Below are positions 27,850 to 51,100 of a stretch of 64,000 nt of DNA, piece after piece (within the stretch, counting starts at the first letter, position 1; each line of letters begins with the position of its first letter). Both the position numbers and the translations under genes were made by a program. A model generated the notes under the pieces. It saw only the letters and a list, made by a program, of their open reading frames with translations. It did not search any database and was not told where the DNA came from. Origin of the DNA: Podarcis tiliguerta (Eukaryota); assembly GCA_965153285.1 (NCBI GenBank), contig OZ229116.1; one strand, 5' to 3'.

Positions 27850-28225
27850 TATAATAAGATGAGCCTGCTGGATCAGGCCAGCATCATCTTATCACAGAGA
27901 CCAGACACATTCCTGTGGGACCCAAGAACAAGAGCAGACTCCCCTCCACTGATTTCCATAAAACTGTCCAGTGAGTTCTAGTTGCATGTCCATGAATTCT
28001 AGTTTTATGAGAGGGAGAAAAACATCCACTTTCTGTATGCCATCCATAATTTTATACACTTCTATCATATCACCTCTACTTGCCTTTTCTCTAAATTAAA
28101 AGGTCCCAAATGCTGCAACCTGTTCTCATAAGGGAGTTGCTCCATCTCCTTGATATTTTTGATTGCCCTTTTCTGAACCTTTTCCAACTCTACAATATTA
28201 TTCTTGAGGTGAGGTGACCAAACTG
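27850..28225 (-). mobile_element. CR1-type LINE 3' fragment
   Basis: Peptide WSPHLKNNIVELEKVQKRAIK...LPYENRLQHLGPFNLEKRQ. Confidence 0.75.
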
Positions 28226-28327
28226 AAACTCCCCCCCAACTTTTAACTGTATTAAAACACACCACAGAATTTTAACCAAACTTACTTTTGAATATTCTAT
28301 TAAAATACACAAAAGACAAGCATAAAT

Positions 28328-28400
28328 TGGAGAATGCGGGCATCGATCCCGCTACCTCTCACATGCTAAGCGAGCGCTCTACCATTTGAGCTAATTCCCC
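28328..28400 (-). tRNA. tRNA-Ala(AGC), U40 variant
   Basis: Reverse complement GGGGAATTAGCTCAAATGGTAGAGCGCTCGCTTAGCATGTGAGAGGTAGCGGGATCGATGCCCGCATTCTCCA; 73 nt, G3:U70 Ala identity pair, anticodon AGC. Confidence 0.95.
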
Positions 28401-29658
28401 TCACAAGATGAGGAGTTTAACCTTTGGTGACTCATCTCTCCTTGGTGATTCATCTCCTTGGCTGGCAGATTGGGAGAAGTTCCACTGAAATTTGAGCTGC
28501 ACTGTTTCAGCTTGCCTGCAGACATAGGGCTGCAGTTTAGACTACAGGATTACCAGTACAAACCAAGGCACGTCTACTCAGAAGTATGGTAGATCCCTAC
28601 TGAGTCCAATTAGACTTACTCCCCAGCAGCCTAAGTAGTGTCCAGCTTAAGCAAACCTGCCTTTAACTCAAAACTAGAGTGTGGAGATCAGTTTTATTCT
28701 GAATTTATTTTTGACCTCATATGCCCATTTTGCTCCTTTTTTCCTCCTAGGGCGATCCAGATGCAAAGCAGGGCAGGGCTCCTTTATTTTAAATTGTTGT
28801 ATAGGAGAGGGCATTTTGACAGGTGCCGTTGGACAAGCCAAGGTGAAAAAAGCTAGTCCTAGTATCTTCTGCACACAACTATGAAAGGGACCATTGCAGA
28901 GGCACCTTCTCCTGTCTCTTGTTTCCTTCCTTCCTTCCATCTAAAAATAAAGCCAAACAAAGAAACAAATAGTGGTGGTGGTGTCCCTTAGATTGGGCTG
29001 TGACACAAGTATCCTAGGGAATCCTCATTTTAGCTTGTGCCCCTACATGCAATCAATACAGAATACTGATGATGATGATGATTAAACTGCCTTTATTTTA
29101 CATAGCCTGCGACAATAAACTTCCTTTGGGTATCTCTGTAACAGTTCTGTCTCTGCCTTCTTTCTCTGGCCCGGTTTATCTGTCTTGCCAAGGGGGGGGG
29201 GTTAATGCCTTGTGAGGGCAGCACCCCACCCCCCCCGCAGATGTCCTCTCTTTCAAATAGTGCTCTCCAGATTTGGCCTGGGTTTTCAGCACACCCCTTT
29301 CTCATCTTTCCCCTTTCTCTGCTCCGTCTCTTTAATTGGCCTGGCTGGAGTTTTGTTGGCTGCTCTTGCACGTGGCTCTTCCAGAGATTCGATCCGTGCC
29401 TGTAACAGTATCGAAATGCTTTGAAAACTGATGTTGCTAATTCACTGCAGAAGAATAAAATATCTGCCTTCTGTCCAAGTCCAGAGAGTTAAACTCCCGG
29501 AAGGAGAGGATTAAAAGCACAGATGTTCAGCACCGCGTTGTTTCGCTGCTTACTTGCGCGAACTGCTGGCCAGGGAACAACTGCATGAATGTTTGCTAGA
29601 CAGCTCATTTCCTGCGATGACGCACTGAAGGGTGAGCGCTGAGGGAGCTGGGAGCGAA

Positions 29659-29731
29659 GGGGAATTAGCTCAAATGGTAGAGCGCTCGCTTAGCATGTGA
29701 GAGGTAGCGGGATCGATGCCCGCATTCTCCA
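29659..29731 (+). tRNA. tRNA-Ala(AGC), U40 variant
   Basis: Same 73-nt sequence as copy 1; T-run terminator a few nt downstream. Confidence 0.95.
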
Positions 29732-29947
29732 GTATTCTTTTGGTTTTTTTTTGTGTGTGGATGTGGGATGCTGCTGCTAGTGGGAAGCAGGAACCAGAGG
29801 AGTAAGAAAATAAGTTGACAATCCAATGCATAAGACAAATAAAAATATATTCAAAATTGCAGTATTGTGTATTGAAATCCTAAAAATTGAATGCACCACA
29901 CTGGGCTCTATCCAGCTAAGTTATTCAGAGCAGACTCATTGAAATCA

Positions 29948-30071
29948 ATCATGGAGCTGGAAGGGACCACCACAAGGAATCATCTGGTCCAACTCCCTGC
30001 ACTGCACAAATGTGAGGTTTGAGCCCATGACCGTGAGATTAAAGAGTGTCCTGCTCTACCGACTGAGCTAT
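29948..30071 (-). mobile_element. tRNA-Lys-derived SINE with CR1-like tail
   Basis: Minus strand TAGCTCAGTCGGTAGAGCAGGACACTCTTTAATCTCACGGTCATGGGCTCAAACC (degenerate tRNA-Lys) fused to GCAGGGAGTTGGACCAGATGATTCC...CCCTTCCAGCTCCATGATT, which resembles the CR1 tail at 990-1053. Confidence 0.75.
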
Positions 30072-30269
30072 AAACATAAGTCATGATCATTCATTTAAAT
30101 GGGTCTACTCTGAGTAGGACTGGTATGGGATACTATGCTTATAGTAGGTTGTGAAAGGACGATTTCAAGAAAGAAGTGTTTTAGCAAAATATGCCAGTGC
30201 ATAAGACCAGGCAGCTCATTTCCTGCGATGGAACTCCTAAGGGTGACGACTGCACAACACCAGTAGGAA

Positions 30270-30342
30270 GGGGAATTAGCTCAAATGGTAGAGCGCTCGC
30301 TTAGCATGCGAGAGGTAGCGGGATCGATGCCCGCATTCTCCA
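30270..30342 (+). tRNA. tRNA-Ala(AGC), C40 variant
   Basis: GGGGAATTAGCTCAAATGGTAGAGCGCTCGCTTAGCATGCGAGAGGTAGCGGGATCGATGCCCGCATTCTCCA, full cloverleaf. Confidence 0.95.
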
Positions 30343-30798
30343 GGTTGTGCTCTCTTTATGTCACACGTTTATTTCCCTTCCTTATACAGGTAGCTGCTGG
30401 CCAAACGAGAACCAGTCCGTTGTTGGACAGATTGCTGCTTAATAACGCGAAAACTAATGGCTTAGATAGAGCAGGTTACCGATAGCTGTAACCTGATCAG
30501 TATTTGTGAATGAAATGCGCAGCCAGGGTTGGGAGGGGGCGATGCTCCTCCAGCCAAAGGGAGGGAACCAGACAGGTGAGAGAGTGAAGCTGAGATGAAT
30601 GGTGCAGGCTGCCGCAGTTGACTGGTGACGGATCTTTTTGGATACACCCCTTCCACTTCCTCAATCCCCTTCCAAATAGAGCTAAACCTGGGATGTTTTT
30701 ACTGTTTAGAAAGTAAACTGCAGAATTTAATTTTTTAAAGGAAATCCCATTTCCTGCGGCGATTCACCATAGGCCAAGCAGCAAACGTTGCCCAGGGA

Positions 30799-30871
30799 GG
30801 GGAATTAGCTCAAATGGTAGAGCGCTCGCTTAGCATGCGAGAGGTAGCGGGATCGATGCCCGCATTCTCCA
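30799..30871 (+). tRNA. tRNA-Ala(AGC), C40 variant
   Basis: Identical to 30270-30342; long T-run about 8 nt downstream. Confidence 0.95.
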
Positions 30872-31519
30872 GTCGATGCTTTTTTCCTTTGTTTATTTTA
30901 GCAGGAAAAATAATCAGCAACATAAAAAAATGTTTAAAATTCCCTGGTTTGTTTTTTTATTTTATTTCAAATAAAGGCTTTTTTTGATCACAGTCTGTCA
31001 AACGAAATAAACAGGGGAATTGCCCCATACAGTCGAGGGCTTGTATGTAAGAAGGAAAGAGGATAGCTGGATAGAGGCACGCTTTCCCCAGGGGGCTGAT
31101 TTATTTATGTTTGTTTTTTTAAAAAAACAACAACCTCACCCCAAACCTGTTGCTTATGACTGTGCTAAGCAGGATGAGGTAAATGGGAGCTCAGAAGGCC
31201 GATCCTTTAATTAGAAAGTCAGTTGTCAATGCATGCTTTCCCCCCAAATTGTTTTTCATGGTGGGAACCTTCGGAATACGTACAGCAAGGGGCATTGCAA
31301 AGACTGTCGCTTTAGCACTTGCACTTTTGTGACTTCCTGCCTCCAGCTCTCCATCCAGCAATGAGGGGGAGAGTGGCTTTATAGAGTGCCTGCCAGAAGT
31401 TCCTCTTCAGCTTGTTGTTCAAAAATGATCCTGCCCTGATCCCTGACTCAGTAAAGACTCATGCCATAGCTGTCTCAAGAGGAGACTTTCCATTGTAGAA
31501 TTTCACAACCGCGTGCAGA

Positions 31520-31567
31520 GGGGAATTAGCTCAAATGGTAGAGCGCTCGCTTAGCATGCGAGAGGTA
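31520..31567 (+). tRNA. tRNA-Ala(AGC), C40 variant, cut by assembly gap
   Basis: First 48 nt identical to the C40 copies, then the N-run begins. Confidence 0.8.
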
Positions 31568-31767
31568 NNNNNNNNNNNNNNNNNNNNNNNNNNNNNNNNN
31601 NNNNNNNNNNNNNNNNNNNNNNNNNNNNNNNNNNNNNNNNNNNNNNNNNNNNNNNNNNNNNNNNNNNNNNNNNNNNNNNNNNNNNNNNNNNNNNNNNNNN
31701 NNNNNNNNNNNNNNNNNNNNNNNNNNNNNNNNNNNNNNNNNNNNNNNNNNNNNNNNNNNNNNNNNNN
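31568..31767. other. 200-N scaffold gap
   Basis: Round-number N-run starting inside a tRNA gene. Confidence 0.95.
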
Positions 31768-33678
31768 CAACAAATTTGTTGACCACTGCCTTACACTCAG
31801 AAGGGGCTAATTTGTGGCCCTCATGATGTTGAACTCTCAATTTCCAATGCAGAATGGTTTCATGCTTGTGAGGGTTTAAAAACACAAACATTTCCCCTAT
31901 TACAATATTATTTAAAGATGCTTGCAAAGCACTGGAAACAAAGTTAAAACTGGAGAGAAACTTAAAACTCTAAATAGGGAACAGAGTTGAAAGCTAACGC
32001 TTTTTTCTGTTGCAAGTTGACAATCTATTTCAGCAGGAACAGAATATATCCATTTAGCTATCAAAACAATTGTTTTTTATTTGAAGCGCAGAGGAGCTGA
32101 AGTTGTGTACGTCTTTTGCATATTTTCGATGCAGAATTAAATAAACACAACTAGGCAGCCCTACGCATGTTTTACCAACAAGATTAAAACAATTATTATA
32201 CATAATTGACTAATACTGCTATATTACCAACAGCTGGTAGTCCAGAAGATGCTCGTCTTTGCCTTCGTCTCCTCCTTGTGGTTATATTTATTACAACATA
32301 CAAAAGCTTACTTCCCCAGCTGGTGGCAAAAAGCGGTTCGTTTGCTGTAGGAAGATAGCTGGGCTAGCTGCTGTGTACCTGGAATTGTAATTTGAAAGTG
32401 TCCAGGCTCTAATACGTAAATCAGGGGCGGCTAATGTTTTTTGGGCTGGGAATAATATTCACCCTTGACCCATTCCCTGGGGGCTGCATACCAGTTATGT
32501 GTGTGGCTACTTGCACACAGCACCCCCTGTGCTCATCAAATGATCTAATTCTGATGACCAGGGAGGAAGCGATTTGCAGGACACTTGCCCACTTCCCACA
32601 ATGAGGGTGGTAATCTCTTGGGACCAGGTCAGGTTCCAAACTGGGGGTTAACCACCTGCTAGTATTGTACTGAACCTCTACATTTTGTCATTTCCAACTG
32701 TATTCCTTTTTTCATATAATTAACGGTTGCCATTTAAGCACATTGCTATTATTATGCTTGCTCACTGTCAGGAACCCGACAAGATGTGTCGTGTGTTTTT
32801 AAAGATACCATGCACCCAGGTTGTTGTCCATCTATATATGACCTCCTTCCACACTCATCATGGCTCTCAATATATATTTCGGCTTCTTTTTCTATAGAGT
32901 GAACATACAGGCAGGGACAGGTTCTACAACTACATGAAGAAATGCATGCCTGTAGAATATGGCCAGCATATGAATAGGGCTTCCTAAATTAATAGGGTTC
33001 CTGTTTGTGTCAAGCCTTATTTAGATGCATGTTGCTGATGTACTTTAAAGTTCCTATGGCAGCAGGCAGAGGATGTAGCAGCTTAACGCTTTCAAAGCTT
33101 TTCTTACTTAGGTACTATGAAAACTTCTTCCAGTGTTTATCTTGCAGCCATGGCACTCCAGCTAAAGGGAGATTTCAAAACTGGAATGATGATTAAATTT
33201 GTAGCCTATTTGTGCCTCTAAATTATGGTTTTGGTTAGTTATCTTTTGTTTTCTCTGAAAAATGATTAATATTAAATCATGTGCTGTACATGAGCTTTCT
33301 ATGTTTAAAAAGCCATAAAGAGTATTTTTTAAAGGGTATGCAACTAGTAATATGCAACATATACAAATCAGTCCCACTAAACTTTTTTTGTTGATATAAT
33401 GCTAATTCATAAGTAAGAAAACATGTCAAGGGATAGATTTAGGGTAACATAAATAATTTGTCAGACTTCTGAAGCCCCAGATCACCAGCTGATACTCCTG
33501 TACATTACTGCAAGTTAAATTCAAGTAAGCATAAACAGGATTACAGCTTTATTGTCAAGAACACAACTTTAGAAAGCTCAGGTTTTGTCCAATTTCATTT
33601 ATTGCTATGTTGGAAGGTTCTTTGATTCAGTGAAATCTTCTGCTAGTACAACAAAAAGAAGGCATTTTCCTGACAATA

Positions 33679-34274
33679 CAGTGGTACCTCGGTTTAAGAA
33701 CAGTCCTGTTTACGAACAATTCGGTTTATGAACTATGCAAAACCGGAAGTAGTCTCCGAGTTTGCAAACTTTACCTTGGTCTAAGAATGGAATGGAGGGG
33801 ATGCGGGTGGCGCTGTGGGTAAAACCTCAGTGCCTAGGACTTGCCGATCGTAAGGTTTGAATCCCCGCAGCGGGGTGAGCTCCTGTTGTTCGGTCCCGGC
33901 TCCTGCCAACCTAGCAGTTCGAAAGCACCCCTAAGTGCAAGTAGATAAATAGGGACCGTTTTATAGCGGGAAGGTAACGGCGTTTCCGTGTGCGGCGCTG
34001 GTGCTGGCTCGCCAGACGCAGCTTCGTCACGCTGGCCATGTGACCCGGAAGTGTCTTCGGACAGCGCCGGCTCCCGGCCTCTAGAGCGAGATGAGCACGC
34101 AACCCTAGAGTCGGTCACGACTGGCCTTCGGGCAGGGGTACCTTTACCTTTAAGAATGGAATCCGAACGGTGGAAGGGCACCAGCGGCAGGAAGCCTCAT
34201 TAGGGAAAGCGCACCTCGGTTTAAGAACATTGTGGTTTAAGAATGGATTAAGTTCATAAACCGAGGTACCACTG
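33679..34274. mobile_element. Tc1/mariner-superfamily (Tigger/pogo-like) MITE carrying a SINE insertion
   Basis: TIRs CAGTGGTACCTCGGTTTA / TAAACCGAGGTACCACTG flanked by TA. Confidence 0.85.
33794..34150 (+). mobile_element. Full-length Sauria SINE
   Basis: Head GGGATGCGGGTGGCGCTGTGGGTAAAACC, tail (ACCTTT)2; 12-bp TSD TAAGAATGGAAT (33782-33793, 34151-34162). Confidence 0.9.
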
Positions 34275-34839
34275 TACTCCCCTTACCATGCTGTTCCAAA
34301 TGGTCCTCCATCCCTCTGAAACAGATTTTGATAGGCTTCAAATGGGAGAGGGAATTGGCAAAATTTGCCTTTGTTGTTGAAGAAAGCCTCCACAGAATCA
34401 AAGAGCCTTCCATCAGCATTTGAGTCCCCAAGGCCTTCAGCCCCTCATTAAGAAATGTCAACCAATGTTGTGAGGTGTTGAGAAACCAAGCTTTCAGACT
34501 ACGGTTAGGGGCTGTTGCTTCATTGCAAGAGCTGCTGCTATATGCAAAACAGAATAAACTTATGAAGCTTAGGTGTTGACAAGATGAAAAATGGAAGCAG
34601 AGGAGGAGTTCTAATCCATGGTTACCGTCTGTATATGTCTGGAAATGGAAACCATGTGTGAGTTTTTAAGTACTGATTAGCAAAAATCATGGCTTAGTAT
34701 GATTTAATCTGAATTAAGCCTTACTGTTTTCTATATCAGAGACAGAGAATTATACACAAAGTATCAACTGACCAGGTTTAGCATAACAAACTTTTCAAAT
34801 TTTCGAAATGCACAATTAAGTAGAATAAGTCATCTGCAT

Positions 34840-34845
34840 TTTATT
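34840..34845 (-). terminator. Candidate MCM4 polyadenylation signal
   Basis: Minus-strand AATAAA about 350 nt after the stop; alternatives at 35190 (overlapping the stop) and 33598. Confidence 0.45.
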
Positions 34846-35194
34846 ACAAACAAAATTTTCACAAGCATTATCTAATATGCAGAAATAGTGCTATAGGGGA
34901 CATTCATATGAATTTGAATTCAAAAATTGTAACAGTAAGTTTTTATAGTTTGAGATTTTATGTATAGAGCTTACTCTTTAAAAGATGCTGAGAAAAAATG
35001 TGCTAAAATTAACTGTGCTGAAAGAACTAACATTCCTTAATAAGCCAAATAGTAACAGTAATTTTCCATGCTGATAGTGATGAGCTCCTGGTCCAATTCC
35101 AGTCTAACAAGTATGAAGTAAGCATATTGTATTAAAGCAAAGTTACACCAAGAAGTTAGTTTTACGGTTCCATTCCTGTAAAGTTAGGGTTTAT

Positions 35195-47294
<12,100 letters not shown>

Positions 47295-48129
47295 AGCTCA
47301 GCGCAATCCTCCTAAGGGCAGGAAGGGCGGCGGGACAAGGAGGCAGCAAAGCCCTGAGAGCGGCTGCTGGCAAACAGCGCGCGCAAGACGATGGCGACGG
47401 CGGCAGCTTCTCTGCGCGCGAGACACAACAGAGGGCAGAGAAGGAAGGAAATTCCGCGCCAAAAGGATCACGTGACCTCGAGTGTTCGCGGGCTTTCGCC
47501 GCCAATGGGAAGTGGGAAACTCCAACTCTGCACGGGGGGGGGTGAGCAAGTGCCGCTCCTTGTACGTTTTCGGCCGAGAGCTTGAACTGAGAGGTGCGGG
47601 TTATGATGGAGAAGGAGGGAAAACTTGTCAAACTGACGTAGCTGACGAAAACTACAAGAGGCTTTCCAAACGCTTTTTTTCTTCAACGTCGAGGCCCCGT
47701 TCTAGAATGGTATCGCTTGACAGGCTTCCTCGGCCATTCGGACGGGGATCTATGGCGAGAGGGGCGGGGGTTAACTCTGCGTTCCCCGGATTGGTGCTTG
47801 CGGGGCAAGCGGCACAACGCTGTTTAAAGGCCGGGAACGCCCTCTCCCCCCCCCCCGGTATCCTGGAGGCAATGATGGTTTCGCCCAACATTTGGCGGCC
47901 TCGTTCCTCTCCCCCCCCCCGCACCTCCTGCAGCCAATCGCGTCGCCTTTCCTGCCCTACGAAAGAACTGGTTCCTGCCACGGAAGTTTCCTCTCTTTCC
48001 ACCCCCTTCCCGTCGGAGGTGTTGGTTCTGCCCGCTCTCCTCCCTAGTCCCGGGTGAGGGAGACCCGGCGGCGTCCTAGCGGCGCCTTCGTCCTGCTGAC
48101 CGAGGCGGCTGAGCGGGCGCGCGGGCACC
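47295..48129. promoter_or_regulatory. CpG-island bidirectional promoter region of MCM4/PRKDC
   Basis: 835 bp between divergent ATGs; CpG-rich (about 47150-48430); E2F-type site TTCCGCGCCAAAA 47452-47464, E-box TCACGTGA 47468-47475, CCAAT 47502-47506, GC boxes. Confidence 0.85.
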
Positions 48130-51100
48130 ATGACCGCCCTGTTCCCAGCCTCTGGCGGGGGGCTGCACGACTGCTTGCTCCAGCTGCACAGCGCCCTGCG
48201 GAGCCCGGACCCTGGGAACGCGGCGCTTCACGCCCACATCTTCATCCGCTCCTTGGCGGAGACCTGCGTGACCAGCAGCGGCGACAGCGTCCTGGGTGCG
48301 TAGCAGCCTGAGGGCTCGGGCGGGGCTGCCCCTTGCTGTGATTTAAGGCGCCGTGTGAGACTTGAACGGGTTTCATGTGAAATAAGCTTTCTTTCCCCTC
48401 GCGAGTTGCAGTTCCTGACCGGCGGAACTCCCTGCCACCTGAAGTACAAAGGGCCAACAGTATCAGTAACGGGACCCATCTCGCTGTTTGTTCAGTGAGG
48501 CTTTTTTTTGCATAAATAAATTCCATTCGGTTTTATGGATATTATTCCCATATAAGGCATGCATGAGGTTGCATGCTTGCACAGCCTTGCTTCTCCTATG
48601 CATGTTTAGTGTGTTCAGTGAGGTTTGCGTCTGTTCTAGTAAGCACGTTCAAGGTAGCTGTTCAGTCCTAAGCATCCTTACTGAGGAGCAACAGTACAAG
48701 TTTGTTTGTGTCTATTCAGAACAGAAGAACAGCCCTATTGGATTAGACTAAACACCTCTTTGGTCCAGCATTTTGTTTCACAGCAGCCAACCAGGTGCCT
48801 GTGAGAAGCCCACAACAGGAAAGGAGTACAGTAAGGCCGCAGCTTACACGGGGGTTGACGTCCCAGGGATCCTGTCTAAAGCCAAAGTGACATATAGTCA
48901 AAACACATTGGGTTTCAATGGTGGGTGAGATTGTGAAGTCATTTTTCCCAAAACCCCACTTCCCACCCACTTTTACTTATTTATTCATGCCTTGCGTGTA
49001 AAACTGAATGCACACAAATTAAATGTGTGTACGTTGCTCGACAGTAGTCCTCACCTGCTGTTAGTACGCCTCCTCCAACAATGAACACAGTGGGACTTAA
49101 TTTTAGGTAGGTATACTAACAATTGTTGCAGAGCTGAGATAGACTCAATACCTTTCCAGCTCACACCCTTAGCCTCTACACTACATGTACATTAAATTGT
49201 GAAGCCACTAAAAAATATACACGCTGCAAAACAGATGTTTTGGAAGATGTACACTCTCTTTTCCCCTACATTAGGGTATAGCCATATAAGAAAAAAAACA
49301 TGATATTAGATAGACTCACAAATTACTCTTTAATTTGAAATCATATTCACAATACTGCTGCAAGTTTAAAAATCAGGTTTACTGAAATAATAGGTCAGTG
49401 CTATATTTTATTGACTCTGTCAGTTGTGTCTTGCTGTGTGAAATGCCTTACTTTATATCAAAGAAATAGCACTGTCCTTTCTTCAGAAATCTATACAAAC
49501 AGAATAATACTTTGAGATATTTCTGATGCTGTCATTTCTTTGCAATGAATACATTGTCAAGGATAGTGTGTGAATAAGGCTTGGGGAAAATGTATTTCCT
49601 TTAAATCTGTTTGACACCTCAAGCATTCCTTCTCTACAGGCAAGTATTAATTACTGCCTCATGTTCTTAGTGAGAAACATCATGAGTTGTGACCTACTGT
49701 GACTACAGTAGACACTTCACAGATAAATTTCATATCCCTGTAGGTGGTCTACTTAGATGGGATTCTGTTGTCTCTTTCGATTCAGTGACATGTTGATGTG
49801 TGCAGAGATTATACAACTAAGCCCTTGAGCTAATTTGTACTTGGAGTAATTGGTATTTTGGTTGTCATTCCATGTTGACGGCTTGAGTACTGCTTTTATT
49901 TGTATGATAACCCGGTTCGCACCACATGTTGCATACAGGATGCGGGGGGCAGGGGCGGGAAGATTGTGCTTGCCAGTCCTGATCTTCACATGTTTAAACA
50001 GCATTTCATGTCAAGGGGTTAATCGTATGTGTTGTAAGACCATATGTTTGGAAATATATTATTTGCTTTGATTCATACTATTTTCACCCATGTTCCCACA
50101 GCTTTGCAGATTTCACTGGTGTTTTCCAAAGAAGATGGATTACTTGCATTTATCCATAAATCACTGAACAGTGAAGAAGTAAGTTGATAATCGTAGGCTG
50201 AAGCATCCTTTGATGTCTTAGTAATTATAGTTTTATATATTTATTTTCTTTGCTTTATATATTGCCTTCTCCAACAAGGTCTCTTACTGTGTCTTTTGCT
50301 AAAAATGCTTTCAATGTCTTGTTTTCAGTTTCGAGAATGCAGAGAAGAAGCATTAAAATTTCTTGTTGCCTTTTTGGAAAAGATTGGCCAGAAAGTCCAC
50401 CCTTATGCACAAGATGTAAAGGTGGGTCAATTAATTAAAATGGCAAACAAAACTAGATAGTTTAGACAGATAAAATAATGCAGCTAGTATAATAATACAT
50501 GTAGTATTATGATCCATTATCAGCAATGAGAAACTAGCAATCCTTTGTATATTAAATGCTTGCATTAGACTGCTTCCTTTTCCTCTGCAGCACCATCATG
50601 TTCAAAATGCATCTTTTTGTGTATTTTCATTTCCTAGAAGATGCAACTGTTCTGAATTAGGAGTTTCACATCACCAAGGCAGGAGAAAGTGAAAATTATA
50701 TTTTGGACACTGTTATAAAGGAAGAGAAGGCACGAGGCACTTGTTTTTCGTGTTCACTGTAACTTTCACATTCTAGCTACTCTTCTTTAGTGGATGTAAG
50801 AACCTGGGACAGACACACTGGTCCATCTAGCTGTGTACAGTCTCTCAGATCTGAAGTCTTTCTCAGCCCTGAGCCCATTTGTAGTGCATCCAGATTCTAT
50901 TGGGGAAGTTGTTCACTGATGTGGCCTTTGACAAGAGTAAATAGAGGAAGACAGAATATTCTAATGTGGAGAATCCTTATTATGCAGAAAAATTGACTGA
51001 GTTTGCTTTACCTGGGCAGTTTGTTTACGCTTTTATGCTGTAAAATGTTAAAACAGTGCAAGATACTGCACTACAAATGCTGTACATCAACACTATTATA

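Noticed and set aside
30005-30071. Functional tRNA-Lys gene
   Set aside because: Acceptor stem missing, anticodon arm and B box decayed, fused to a CR1 tail; it is a SINE head.
30285-30485. ORFs beginning MVERSLSMREV (also at 31535)
   Set aside because: Translations of tRNA-Ala sequence and N-runs.
30390-30575. Exon-like unit on the plus strand (CCTTATACAG|...ACAG|GTGAG, 186 nt) between tRNA genes
   Set aside because: Stops in all three frames and no partner exons identified; at most a lncRNA exon, unsupported.
28328-31567. CRISPR-like repeat-spacer array
   Set aside because: The repeats are 73-nt tRNA genes with spacers of about 0.45-1.3 kb in a vertebrate genome.
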